This document shows positions 49,649 through 59,457 of a stretch of DNA of 64,000 nucleotides, piece by piece. The notes beneath the pieces were generated by a model. That model was given only the letters and a program-made list of their open reading frames with translations, was not told the DNA's origin and ran no database searches. The stretch spans positions 3,072,001 to 3,136,000 of the forward strand of contig CBDBGH010000003.1 of NCBI GenBank assembly GCA_965205265.1. Reading direction: 5' to 3'. The position numbers were made by a program, and so were the translations under genes. The DNA comes from Alphaproteobacteria bacterium (GTDB lineage Bacteria > Pseudomonadota > Alphaproteobacteria > Bin95). How positions within the stretch are numbered: position 1 is the first letter of the stretch; every line of letters starts with the position of its first letter.

Positions 49649-50676
49649 GCGTGCCCGTCCTTACCTTTTTCAACAACAAGGGAGGTGTGGGAAAGACCTC
49701 GTTGGTCTATCACCTTGCATGGATGCTTTCTGAGCAAGCAAAGCGAATTCTGGCTGGCGATTTGGACCCGCAGGCGAATCTCACGGCGTCCTTTGTGGAT
49801 GATGAGTCTCTAGAGCCTCTGTGGATCGGTAGTTCCGACGACTCGAACGCCACAATTTATCAATGCGTACAGCCGTTGGCGGCGGTTGGCGATCTGAAAC
49901 GGCCTGCAATCCATATGATTTCAAACGCGCTTGGCGTCATCCCCGGGGATTTGGCGCTGTCCAGCTTCGAGGAACGGCTGTCTGTAGAATGGCCTAACGC
50001 GCTCGGTTCAAGCAGCTTGTTTCGACCGTTCAGGGTGCTGACCGCGTTTTGGCAGGTGATGCAGATGGGCGCGGAGCAGATGCAGGCCGACATGATCCTG
50101 GTGGATGTCGGGCCCAATCTCGGCGCCATCAACCGCTCGGCATTGATTGCGACGGACTATGTTGTCGTGCCTGTCGCTGCCGACATGTTTTCCCTTCAGG
50201 GGTTGCGCAATCTTGTGCCGACCCTGAGAGGATGGCGGGAAGAATGGCGCCGGCGTAAGGAAAATTGGCCGTCCCCCGACTTTCCCTTGCCGAGTGGCGG
50301 GATGCGGCCGATTGGGTATGTGGTGCAGCAGCATGGCGAACGCCAGGGCAGGCCCGTGAAGGCATATGGAAAATGGGTCGAGAGAATCCCCAGGGAATAC
50401 GCCCGTATCGTGGACGGCGAAGAAGGCCGGAGCATAGCCGACCTGCCGGAGGGCGACGCCAATTGTCTGGCGACAGTCCGACACTACCGCAGCCTGGTGC
50501 CTATGGCCCAAGAGGCGCGAAAGCCGATCTTTGCGTTGAAACCTGCCGATGGCGCCATTGGTAGCCATGCTGCTGCGACCATCAAGGCTTACGGTGACTT
50601 TCGTGACCTGGCCGGACGCATCGCGGATCAGGTGGAACGGATGGAACTGGAACAGAGGGAAAGGGCAGACGGATGA
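49645..50676 (+). CDS. ParA-like (AAA_31) ATPase
   Basis: FFNNKGGVGKTS deviant Walker A, DLDPQANLT, DVGPNLGAINRSAL; 343 aa; no parB in the window. Confidence 0.88.
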   Translation: MSVPVLTFFNNKGGVGKTSLVYHLAWMLSEQAKRILAGDLDPQANLTASFVDDESLEPLWIGSSDDSNATIYQCVQPLAAVGDLKRPAIHMISNALGVIPGDLALSSFEERLSVEWPNALGSSSLFRPFRVLTAFWQVMQMGAEQMQADMILVDVGPNLGAINRSALIATDYVVVPVAADMFSLQGLRNLVPTLRGWREEWRRRKENWPSPDFPLPSGGMRPIGYVVQQHGERQGRPVKAYGKWVERIPREYARIVDGEEGRSIADLPEGDANCLATVRHYRSLVPMAQEARKPIFALKPADGAIGSHAAATIKAYGDFRDLAGRIADQVERMELEQRERADG

Positions 50677-52361
50677 CCGCGACATTCGATGACGTGCGCC
50701 ATCAGGTGATGTGGAACCGGCTGCTTTCGGTGGTCGAGGAGCAGGCGCAGACGCTCGTGCGCACGGCGTTTTCCACGTCCGCGCGGGAGGCCGGCGACAT
50801 TTCCGCGGGCGTCTTCGACCTTACAGGGCGGATGCTGGCCCAGGCGGTCACCGGCACGCCCGGCCATGTGAACTCCATGGCGCTCTCGGTGGAGCATTTC
50901 GTTGCGAAATTCCCGCCGGAGACCATGCGCGAGGGCGATGTCTTCATCACCAACGACCCGTGGAAGGGCACCGGCCACCTGAACGACTTCACCGTCGTGT
51001 CGCCGACCTTCCGCGACGGGCGGATCGTGGCGCTGTTCGCGTCCACCAGCCATGTCGTCGACGTCGGCGGCCTCGGACAAGGCCCCGACGCCCGCCAGGT
51101 CTATCAGGAGGGCCTGTTCGTGCCCCTCATGCCGTTCGCCGAAGCCGGGCGGGTGAACGAGTGGTTCCTCGAGATGGTGCGCGCCAATGTGCGCGAGCCG
51201 CGCATGGTGATCGGCGACCTCTACGCGCTTGCCGCCTGCAACGACACGGGCAGCGAGCGGCTGCTGGCGATGATGGACGAATACGGCCTCGAGGACCTTT
51301 CCGCGCTGGCGGACTTCATCGTGGACAGCAGCCGGCAGGCGATGGCCGATGCGATAGGCGCCCTGCCGCAGGGAAGCTGGAGCCACTCGATGACAATCGA
51401 CGGCTTCGACCGCGAGGTCGAACTGGTCGCGCGGCTGACGGTCGGCAACGGCGTCATCGACGTCGATTTCGACGGAACCTCCGGGCTCTCCGACTTCGGC
51501 ATCAACTGCCCGCTCTGCTACACCATCGCCTATACGAGCTTCGGCGTGAAATGCATCGTGGCGCCGGAGCTTCCCAACAATGCGGGCGCGCTCGACGCCA
51601 TCCGCGTGACGGCGCCCGAGAACTGCATCCTCAACCCGCCGCATCCCTGCGCCGTCTATGCGCGCTCCAATATCGGCCACATGCTGCCGGACGTGGTGTT
51701 CGGCTGCCTGCACCAGTCGATTCCGGACCGGGTGCCGGCGGAGGGCTGCTCGGCGCTCTGGACGCTCAGGCTCGGCGCCGGCCAGGGGATTACGGCGCGC
51801 GCCGGCTCGCAGTCCACGCCGTTCCAGATCATGAGCTTCCATTCCGGCGGCGCGGGCGCGCGGCCGGGGCTGGACGGCCTCTCGGCGACGCCCTTCCCCT
51901 CCGGCGTGCGCAACGTGCCCGTCGAGGCGACCGAGGCGATCACGCCGCTGGTGTTCTGGAAGAAGGAGCTGCGCCCCGACAGCGGCGGCGCGGGCCGGAC
52001 GCGCGGCGGCCTCGGCCAGACCATCGAGGTGGAGAACCGGGAAGGCGCGCCCTTCGGCATCTACGCCACCTTCGAGCGCACCGTGCATGCCGCGCGGGGG
52101 CGGGGCGGCGGGGGGCCCGGCGCGCTCGGGCGCCTCAGCCTCGCCTCGGGCCGGAAGCTGCGCAACAAGGGCTTCCAGGTCATCCCCGAAGGGGAGCGGC
52201 TGGTCGTCGAGATGCCGGGCGGCGGCGGGCTCGGGGACGCCGGCTCGCGGGACCCGGCGGCGGTGGAACGGGACGTGCGGCGCGGCCTGGTCAGCCCCGA
52301 AGCGGCCCGGCGGGACTACGGGTTCGATCCAGGCTCCAGCCGGACTTCGCCCAGCCGCTGA
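50673..52361 (+). CDS. Hydantoinase B/oxoprolinase subunit
   Basis: RTAFS...EAGD, NDPWKGTGHLND, HVVDVGG, DSGGAG, MPGGGG. Confidence 0.93.
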   Translation: MTATFDDVRHQVMWNRLLSVVEEQAQTLVRTAFSTSAREAGDISAGVFDLTGRMLAQAVTGTPGHVNSMALSVEHFVAKFPPETMREGDVFITNDPWKGTGHLNDFTVVSPTFRDGRIVALFASTSHVVDVGGLGQGPDARQVYQEGLFVPLMPFAEAGRVNEWFLEMVRANVREPRMVIGDLYALAACNDTGSERLLAMMDEYGLEDLSALADFIVDSSRQAMADAIGALPQGSWSHSMTIDGFDREVELVARLTVGNGVIDVDFDGTSGLSDFGINCPLCYTIAYTSFGVKCIVAPELPNNAGALDAIRVTAPENCILNPPHPCAVYARSNIGHMLPDVVFGCLHQSIPDRVPAEGCSALWTLRLGAGQGITARAGSQSTPFQIMSFHSGGAGARPGLDGLSATPFPSGVRNVPVEATEAITPLVFWKKELRPDSGGAGRTRGGLGQTIEVENREGAPFGIYATFERTVHAARGRGGGGPGALGRLSLASGRKLRNKGFQVIPEGERLVVEMPGGGGLGDAGSRDPAAVERDVRRGLVSPEAARRDYGFDPGSSRTSPSR

Positions 52362-52597
52362 CCGGAGCGCCGGTCGAAGGTCCAGAACAGCACCGCGCCG
52401 CCCTGCTCCAGCCGGATGACCAGCTCGTCGCCGGCCACGCGCCAGTCCGTGACCTCGGCATCCTGCGGCAATTGCCAGCGGACCTCGCCGACGCCGGCAG
52501 GGGGTGCCAGGGACCGGTTGACGATCGTGACCAGGACGACCGCAACGCCGGCGACGATCGCCACGCCCATGCCTATGACCAGGGCCTTCAGACCCAT
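52316..52597 (-). CDS. Small membrane-anchored hypothetical protein
   Basis: MGLKALVIGMGVAIVAGVAVVLVTI single TM segment plus a short beta domain; divergent from rluD. Confidence 0.7.
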   Translation of the reverse strand: MGLKALVIGMGVAIVAGVAVVLVTIVNRSLAPPAGVGEVRWQLPQDAEVTDWRVAGDELVIRLEQGGAVLFWTFDRRSGQRLGEVRLEPGSNP

Positions 52598-52675
52598 GAA
52601 TTGCTCTCCGCCGCTCGTCCCGGCCGCGGATTTGCCATAGTTGTGCGCACAAGTCATCGCCATGGAGCGGGTTCT

Positions 52676-53602
52676 GTGACAACGGGCGAGGAAAGCACCG
52701 TCTTCGAGGCCGTCGCGCCGCCGGAGGCCGACGGCGAGCGGCTGGACCGCATGCTGGCCCGCGCGATCCCCGAGCTCTCGCGTTCGCGCATCCAGGCGCT
52801 GATGGCGGAGGGGCGGGTGACGCCCGCGGCCCGCAAGGCGGTCGCGGGGCAGCGCTACCGGGTGAGCGTTCCGCCGGCCCGGCCCGCCGAGCCCGCGGCC
52901 GAAGCGATTCCGCTGGCGGTGGTCCATGAGGACGCGCATCTGGTCGTCGTGGACAAGCCGGCGGGCATGGTGGTGCATCCCGGCCCCGGCCATGACGGCG
53001 GCACGCTCGTGAACGCGCTCCTGGACCGTTGCGGCCCGGAGCTGACGGGCGTGGGAGGCGTTGCCCGGCCGGGCATCGTCCACCGGCTGGACAAGGACAC
53101 CTCCGGCCTCATCGTGGCCGCCAAGACCGAAGCGGCCCATGCGGGACTCCGCCGGCTGTTCGAGACGCATAACATCGACCGGGGCTATCTCGCGCTGGCG
53201 CAGGGCCTGCCTTCCCCCGTTGCAGGGAGGATCGAGGCGCCCATCGGCCGCGACCCGCGCCATCGCAAGCGCATGGCGGTGGTCGAGCGGGGGCGCGCAG
53301 CCGTCACCCGCTACCGGGTCGAGCAGGCGTACGGCACGCGGGCCTCGCTGGTCGCCTGCCGGCTGGAGACCGGCCGCACCCACCAGGTGCGGGTCCATAT
53401 GGCCCATATCGGCCATGCGCTCATCGGGGACCCGCTCTATGGCGGGCGGCGGCGCGGCATGCCGGCCTTTCCCCGCCAGGCGCTGCATGCCGCGCGGCTC
53501 GGCTTCCGCCATCCGGCGACCGGGGAAGAGATGCTGTTCGAAAGTCGGCCTCCGGCGGACTTTCATGAACTCGCGGTAATGTTGGAAGACTTGAATTTAT
53601 AG
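52676..53602 (+). CDS. rluD: RluA/RluD family pseudouridine synthase
   Basis: RLD S4 domain, DKPAGMVVHP, VHRLDKDTSG, LETGRTHQ, RQALHA; upstream of rpoH. Confidence 0.92.
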   Translation: MTTGEESTVFEAVAPPEADGERLDRMLARAIPELSRSRIQALMAEGRVTPAARKAVAGQRYRVSVPPARPAEPAAEAIPLAVVHEDAHLVVVDKPAGMVVHPGPGHDGGTLVNALLDRCGPELTGVGGVARPGIVHRLDKDTSGLIVAAKTEAAHAGLRRLFETHNIDRGYLALAQGLPSPVAGRIEAPIGRDPRHRKRMAVVERGRAAVTRYRVEQAYGTRASLVACRLETGRTHQVRVHMAHIGHALIGDPLYGGRRRGMPAFPRQALHAARLGFRHPATGEEMLFESRPPADFHELAVMLEDLNL

Positions 53603-53618
53603 GCTGTTCTTCCTATAT
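53590..53618 (+). promoter_or_regulatory. RpoH-type promoter upstream of rpoH (autoregulation)
   Basis: CTTGAA-N16-CCTATAT fits the alphaproteobacterial sigma-32 consensus; 27 nt before the ATG. Confidence 0.75.
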
Positions 53619-53645
53619 TCAGGGCGTGTCGAGAGGGTTCGGACC

Positions 53646-54584
53646 ATGGCCGAAAACATCGCAGCCAGCCGCAATATCCCCGCGCTCAACGGCGAGAGCA
53701 ATCTCTCCCGCTACCTGCATGAAATCCGCCAGTTCCCGATGCTGGAGCAGGAAGAGGAATACATGCTGGCGAAGCGCTGGGTCGAGCATCAGGACGTGGA
53801 TGCGGCGCACCAGCTGGTGACCAGCCATCTGCGGCTGGTCGCGCGTATCGCCATGGGCTATCGCGGCTACGGGCTTCCGGTGAGCGAACTGATCTCCGAA
53901 GGCAATGTGGGCATGATGCAGGCGGTCAAGCGCTTCGACCCGGAAAGGGGTTTCCGCCTCGCGACTTATGCCATGTGGTGGATCAGGGCCTCGATCCAGG
54001 AATATATCCTGCACTCCTGGTCGCTAGTGAAGATGGGCACGACCGCAGCCCAGAAGAAGCTGTTCTTCAACCTGCGCCGGATGAAGCAAAGGATCCAGGC
54101 CATCGAGGATGGCGACCTGTCGCCCGAGCATGTCACGAAGATCGCCGACGAGCTCAGGGTATCCGAGGACGAGGTCGTGCAGATGAACCGCCGCCTCGCC
54201 GCGCCGGACCGCTCGCTGAACGCGCCGATGCGCATCGAGGGCGAGGGCGAGTGGCAGGACTGGCTGGCCGACGAAAGCGAGAGCCAGGAGGTGCTTTACG
54301 GCGAACGCGAGGAGCTTGAGCGCCGCCGGCGGATGCTCGCCGGCGCGATGGAGGCGCTGAACGAGCGCGAGCGGCGCATCCTGCAGGAACGCCGCCTGCG
54401 CGAGGACCCGGCGACGCTTGAGGACCTCAGCGGCGAATTCGGCGTGAGCCGCGAGCGCATCCGCCAGATCGAGGTGCGCGCCTTCGAGAAGCTCCAGCGC
54501 GCCGTCCGCGATGCGGTCGTGCAGGACCGGTTGCACGCCGAGCGGGCGATAGACGCAGGCGTGGGCGCCGCTACAGGGGCGTAA
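53646..54584 (+). CDS. rpoH: RNA polymerase sigma factor RpoH
   Basis: RpoH box QKKLFFNLR; SHLRLV, YAMWWIRA, VSRERIRQIE. Confidence 0.97.
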   Translation: MAENIAASRNIPALNGESNLSRYLHEIRQFPMLEQEEEYMLAKRWVEHQDVDAAHQLVTSHLRLVARIAMGYRGYGLPVSELISEGNVGMMQAVKRFDPERGFRLATYAMWWIRASIQEYILHSWSLVKMGTTAAQKKLFFNLRRMKQRIQAIEDGDLSPEHVTKIADELRVSEDEVVQMNRRLAAPDRSLNAPMRIEGEGEWQDWLADESESQEVLYGEREELERRRRMLAGAMEALNERERRILQERRLREDPATLEDLSGEFGVSRERIRQIEVRAFEKLQRAVRDAVVQDRLHAERAIDAGVGAATGA

Positions 54585-54598
54585 GCGCCGCCGCGGCT

Positions 54599-55237
54599 CT
54601 ACCCCGCCTTCGAGAAGTCTCCGGTCTCCGGGTCCATCGTCCAGAGGTCCCCTTCGGCGATGTCGAACCAGGCGCCGTGCAGGCTGAGGCCGCCGCGCCC
54701 CTCTAGGATCGAGACGAAGGGGAAGGTCCGGAGATTCGCGACCGACTGGCGGATCGAGGCGCGTTCGAGCGCGGTCTGCCGCTCCGCATCGCTCAGCTCC
54801 CCGCGGCCCGTTACCGCCTCGGCGGCGGGGCCGAGCCGGTTCATCCACCTGCCGATGAAGTCATCCGGGGACAACGGGTCCTCCGGCGGCTGGAGCGCCG
54901 CGCCGATGCCGCCGCAGCGTGCATGTCCGAGCACGACGATATGCCGGACCTTCAGGCCCTGCACCGCGAATTCGAGCGCGGCGGAAGTCGAACGGCAGCC
55001 ATCGTCCGACCCGCAGGGCGGCACCAGATTGGCGACATTGCGGAGGACGAAGAGCGCGCCCGGCCCGGCATCGAAGATCGTCTCCGGGGCCGCCCGCGAG
55101 TCGCAGCAGGCGATGACCATGACCTCTGGCGCCTGCCCCTGCTCGGCAAGCCGGCGGTAGCGGTCCTGTTCCCTGGCGTAGCGGCCGTCCCTGAACGAGC
55201 GGTAGCCCTCGAGGAGCGGTTCCGGGAAACCTGTCAT
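54599..55237 (-). CDS. Beta-class carbonic anhydrase
   Basis: ACCDSR, RNVAN, GHARCGG. Confidence 0.93.
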   Translation of the reverse strand: MTGFPEPLLEGYRSFRDGRYAREQDRYRRLAEQGQAPEVMVIACCDSRAAPETIFDAGPGALFVLRNVANLVPPCGSDDGCRSTSAALEFAVQGLKVRHIVVLGHARCGGIGAALQPPEDPLSPDDFIGRWMNRLGPAAEAVTGRGELSDAERQTALERASIRQSVANLRTFPFVSILEGRGGLSLHGAWFDIAEGDLWTMDPETGDFSKAG

Positions 55238-55334
55238 GGCGGATAACCTTCCTGGGCGCCGGCTTGAAGCGGATGCAAGGCGCTCCATATCGCCTGCGAG
55301 CGACAACGACAACCGACGGACCCGGGAGCGCCCC

Positions 55335-56021
55335 ATGCCATTCCACACAGGCTTCCTGCTCTTTCCCGACATCACCCAGCTCGACATGACGGGCCCGTAT
55401 GAGGTCTTCGCCAAGTTCCCGGATTCGCGGGTCCACCTTCTCTGGAAGACCCTCGACCCCGTAACGGCCGCGGGCGGCATGCAGCTGCTGCCCAGCACGA
55501 CCTTCGCCGAGTGCCCGCAGCTCGATCTCGTCTGCGTGCCGGGCGGCGCGGGCATGAACGCGCTCCTCAACGACGAAGAGGTGCTGGACTTCCTGCGCCG
55601 CCAGGCGCCGGGCGCGCGCTATGTCACCTCCGTGTGCACGGGCTCGCTGGTGCTGGGCGCGGCGGGGCTGCTGCGCGGCAGGCGGGCCACGACGCACTGG
55701 ATGTCGCTGCCGATGCTGGCCGCCTTCGGCTGCGAGCCGGTGGCCGAGCGCGTGGTCGTCGATGGCAATATCGTCACGGGCGGCGGCGTGACGGCCGGCA
55801 TCGATTTCGCCCTGACCGTGGCGGGTGAGCTGCTCGGCGCCGAGGCGGCGCAGCAGATCCAGCTCGGCATCGAGTACAACCCGGACCCGCCCTTCGACGC
55901 CGGCAGCCCGGAACGGGCCGCGCCTTCGGTCGTGGCGGCGGCGCGCGCAGCGGCGGCAATGCGGCAGACGGAGCGCGAGGTCGAGGTCGAACGGGCGGTC
56001 GCGCGGCTCCAGGCCGGCTAA
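55335..56021 (+). CDS. DJ-1/PfpI family protein (isocyanide hydratase-like)
   Basis: QLDMTGP, VPGG, SVCTG, GGVTAGID, EYNPDPPF. Confidence 0.9.
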   Translation: MPFHTGFLLFPDITQLDMTGPYEVFAKFPDSRVHLLWKTLDPVTAAGGMQLLPSTTFAECPQLDLVCVPGGAGMNALLNDEEVLDFLRRQAPGARYVTSVCTGSLVLGAAGLLRGRRATTHWMSLPMLAAFGCEPVAERVVVDGNIVTGGGVTAGIDFALTVAGELLGAEAAQQIQLGIEYNPDPPFDAGSPERAAPSVVAAARAAAAMRQTEREVEVERAVARLQAG

Positions 56022-56893
56022 TCGCGTATCCAGCCGGGGCCCCAGAGGTTCAGCGTGCGCTCCTCCGCCGGCCAGAGGCGGGGCGCCATCTCGCGCGGCA
56101 TACGCTCGATCTCGGCCGAGAGCTCGACCGGGTCGCCATGCGGGTCCCGGATCATGAAGAACAGGTTGTTGCCGGGGCCGTGGCGGCCGGGGCCCCACCA
56201 GATTTTCGCGCCGCTATTGGAGAGGTGGTCTGCCCAGTCGCGGATATCGGTCCAGCCGCCGGTCTCATAGGCGTGGTGGTCCGCCTTGGTCTCCGAGGCG
56301 GCGAAGACGGCGAAGCTGTGATGCTCCTCGTCCGAGCGGTAGAAGGCCACCCGGCGCGACGAAGGGTCGCCCATGTCCGAGAGCACATAGTCCGAAGGGG
56401 CGAAGCCCAGCACGTCCTCGTACCAGCGCATCATCGGGCCGAGGTCCCGGCTCGCCACCACGACATGCTGCAGGCGTGCGGTGAAGCTGCGGCCCGGCAC
56501 GCCGTTCACCGTCCGGATCGCCGGCAGGTCCCCGCGCGGCAGGCCGAAGACCGAAAGCCAGCCGTCCGGGTCGCGTACCGCCACCGCATCCGGTTCGAAC
56601 GCTTCCGACGGCGACGGTTCCATATTGATTCCCTGCGCCGCGATGAAGGCGCGCACGGCATCCAGCTGCGCGCGGTCCCGGAGCCGGAAGCCGTGATAGG
56701 GCCGGGCGCCGGGCTCGCCGCGACCGATCACGAGGCGCCGGCCGGGCCCCTGCAGCAGCCGGCCGCCATCCGGCAGGTCGAAGCTGTCGAAGCCGAGAAG
56801 GCCGGCATAGAAATCCGCGAGCCGGTCCGGGGCATCGCTGTCGAGGCGCAGATGGTCCAGCGGCGCGGGCCAGATGGGCGAGTCTGTCGGCAT
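56018..56893 (-). CDS. Two-domain VOC protein (extradiol dioxygenase-like)
   Basis: RLQHVV, EEHHSFA, DHHAYE, WGPGRHGPGNNLF, DPHGDPVE. Confidence 0.85.
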   Translation of the reverse strand: MPTDSPIWPAPLDHLRLDSDAPDRLADFYAGLLGFDSFDLPDGGRLLQGPGRRLVIGRGEPGARPYHGFRLRDRAQLDAVRAFIAAQGINMEPSPSEAFEPDAVAVRDPDGWLSVFGLPRGDLPAIRTVNGVPGRSFTARLQHVVVASRDLGPMMRWYEDVLGFAPSDYVLSDMGDPSSRRVAFYRSDEEHHSFAVFAASETKADHHAYETGGWTDIRDWADHLSNSGAKIWWGPGRHGPGNNLFFMIRDPHGDPVELSAEIERMPREMAPRLWPAEERTLNLWGPGWIRD

Positions 56894-56977
56894 GCCTTGC
56901 CTCGCTTTCTTGCCTTCGGGCCCGGGGAGGAGGAAGATGGCGCCGGAAACCCTGAACGTTCGGGAGGATAGGCGAAA

Positions 56978-57961
56978 ATGGGCGCGGCACCTATTCCGGT
57001 CATCGATATCGGCCCCGTTCTGGCGGGCGAAGCCGGCGCGGCAGAGAAAGCGGCGGCCGAACTGTCCCATGCCTGCCGCAATGTCGGCTTCTACTATCTC
57101 GGCGGGCATGGCGTGCCGCGCGCGCTCGTCGATGCGGTGTTCGGGGAGGCGCGGCGCTTCCATGCGCAGCCGCTGGACGACAAGCTGGCGCTCCGGGCCG
57201 GGGCCGACAATGTCGGCTACATGCCCTATGAGGGCAGCGTTTCCAGGGCGTCGCGCATCTATCACGGCGACCGGCCGAACAAGAACGAGGCCTTCTTCCT
57301 CAAGCGGGACCTGCCGCCCGACCATCCGGACGTGTTGGCCGGCAAGCGCTTTCGTCCGCTGAACCGCTGGCCGGAAGAAGCGGCGCTGCCGGGCTTCCGT
57401 TCAACCGTGCTCGCCTATGCGGGGGCGATGGAGGGCGTCGCGATGGCGTTGATGCCGCTCTATGCCCGGGCGCTCGACCTCGCGCCGGACTTCTTCGACC
57501 AGGCTTTCGCCGACCCGCAATTCACGCTGCGGCTCACCCGCTACGCCGCGCATGAGCGTTTCGAGGAAGACGAATTCAGCCTGGCCCCGCATACCGACAG
57601 TTCGTTCATGACCCTGCTCGCGACGACCGATGTGCCCGGCCTTTCGATCCGGCTGCCCTCGGGCGAGTGGGTCGAGGCACCGTCGGAGCCCGACTGTTTC
57701 ATCGTCAATATCGGCGACCTGGGCCACCGCTGGACCAACGGGCGCTTCCTTTCAACGCCGCACCGGGTTCTCAACCGGTCGGGCCGGGAGCGCTACGCCA
57801 TTCCGTTTTTCTTCGACTGCAATATCGATTACGAGATGGTCTGCCTGCCGACCTGCTGCGGCCCCGACGACCCTCCAAAATTTCCGCCGACCACCTATAT
57901 GGACTACATGCTTTGGTTCACCGGCGTGAACTACGCCCATGCGCGGGAAAACGCCGCCTGA
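56978..57961 (+). CDS. Isopenicillin N synthase-family 2OG-Fe(II) oxygenase
   Basis: IPVIDI, VGFYY, HTD...STPHRV...RYAIPFF. Confidence 0.9.
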   Translation: MGAAPIPVIDIGPVLAGEAGAAEKAAAELSHACRNVGFYYLGGHGVPRALVDAVFGEARRFHAQPLDDKLALRAGADNVGYMPYEGSVSRASRIYHGDRPNKNEAFFLKRDLPPDHPDVLAGKRFRPLNRWPEEAALPGFRSTVLAYAGAMEGVAMALMPLYARALDLAPDFFDQAFADPQFTLRLTRYAAHERFEEDEFSLAPHTDSSFMTLLATTDVPGLSIRLPSGEWVEAPSEPDCFIVNIGDLGHRWTNGRFLSTPHRVLNRSGRERYAIPFFFDCNIDYEMVCLPTCCGPDDPPKFPPTTYMDYMLWFTGVNYAHARENAA

Positions 57962-58003
57962 ACCGGCGCCCGCCCGGTAACACGAAGACAACGGTCCAAC
58001 GCC

Positions 58004-59452
58004 ATGCGCCTTGCCATCGCCCTGATCCTGTTTGCAGCCATGGCGGCCGCCGCGCCGCCGCTTCGCGCCCACGGCACGCCGGAGAGCTTCGCCGAACTCG
58101 CCGAAAAGGCGCTGCCGGCCGTCGTCAATATCTCCACCCGGCAAACCGTGGAGCAGCGGCAGGTGCCGGACCTGCCGCAATTCCCGCCCGGTTCGCCCTT
58201 CGAGGAGTTCTTCAAGAAGTTCTTCGGCGACCGCGACGACCGCGAGGGCCGGCCGCCGCGCCGGGCAACATCGCTCGGTTCGGGCTTCGTCATCGATCCC
58301 TCCGGCATCATCGTCACCAACAACCATGTCATCGAAGAAGCGGACGAAATCCATATCCGCCTTCACGACGACAGGGAGTTCAAGGCGGAAGTCGTGGGCC
58401 GCGACCCCAAGACCGATCTGGCGGTGCTCAAGGTCGAGGCGGACGGCCCGCTGCCCTTCCTGGAGTTCGGAAACTCGGACGAGACCCGGGTCGGCGACTG
58501 GGTTATCGCCATCGGCAATCCCTTCGGCTTCAGCAGCACGGTGACGGCCGGCATCGTCTCGGCGCGCAAGCGCGATATCCGCGCCGGGCCCTATGACGAC
58601 TTCATCCAGACCGATGCGGCGATCAACAAGGGCAATTCCGGCGGTCCGATGCTGAATCTCGACGGCAAGGTGATCGGGGTGAACACCGCGATAACGTCGC
58701 CGTCGGGCGGCAGCGTCGGCATCGGCTTCGCCGTGCCGGCCTCGCTCGCCGCTCCCGTCATCGACCAGCTTCGCCGCTTCCGCGAGACCCGGCGCGGCTG
58801 GCTCGGCGTGCGCATCCAGAGCGTCACCGACGAAATCGCCGCAACATTCGAGGGATTCGGCGAGGCGCGCGGCGCGCTGGTCGCCGCCGTGATGCCGGAC
58901 AGCCCCGCCGACAAGGGCGGCATGCAGGCGGGCGACATCGTGCTGTCCTTCGACAGCAGGCCGGTGCCGAAAATGCGCGCCCTGCCGCGTATCGTCTCCG
59001 ATGCCGAAGTGGGCACGGCGGTGCCGGTCGAGGTATGGCGAAACGGCAGGGTCGAGCGCCTGGAGATCGTCGTGGGGCGCCTGGAGGAGAACGATCCGGC
59101 CAGCGCCCCGGCGGGGGGCGAAGCGAAGGAACACCCGATCGAGCTGCTGGGCCTCGTGGTCGCGCAGCCGAACGACGAACTCCGCAAGGAATACGAACTG
59201 GACGAGGAAACCCTCGAACGGGGCGGCGTGGTCGTTGTCGGGGTGGCGCCGGGCAGCGATGCGGAAGAAAAGGGCCTCGAACCCGGCGACCTCATCCTCG
59301 AAGCCGACCACAATCTGGTGCGGAGCGCGAAGGAACTGGAGGAGCGCGTCGCCGCCGTCGGCGAGGTGGGACGCAATTCCGTCCTGCTGCTGTTGAACCG
59401 CGGCGGCGACGACCGGTTCGTGGCGCTGCTGCTGAAGGCCGAAGCGGAGTAG
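58004..59452 (+). CDS. DegP/DegQ (Do) serine endoprotease
   Basis: Signal peptide; GSGF, TNNHV, TDLA, GNSGG; two PDZ domains. Confidence 0.95.
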   Translation: MRLAIALILFAAMAAAAPPLRAHGTPESFAELAEKALPAVVNISTRQTVEQRQVPDLPQFPPGSPFEEFFKKFFGDRDDREGRPPRRATSLGSGFVIDPSGIIVTNNHVIEEADEIHIRLHDDREFKAEVVGRDPKTDLAVLKVEADGPLPFLEFGNSDETRVGDWVIAIGNPFGFSSTVTAGIVSARKRDIRAGPYDDFIQTDAAINKGNSGGPMLNLDGKVIGVNTAITSPSGGSVGIGFAVPASLAAPVIDQLRRFRETRRGWLGVRIQSVTDEIAATFEGFGEARGALVAAVMPDSPADKGGMQAGDIVLSFDSRPVPKMRALPRIVSDAEVGTAVPVEVWRNGRVERLEIVVGRLEENDPASAPAGGEAKEHPIELLGLVVAQPNDELRKEYELDEETLERGGVVVVGVAPGSDAEEKGLEPGDLILEADHNLVRSAKELEERVAAVGEVGRNSVLLLLNRGGDDRFVALLLKAEAE

Positions 59453-59457
59453 CGGTC

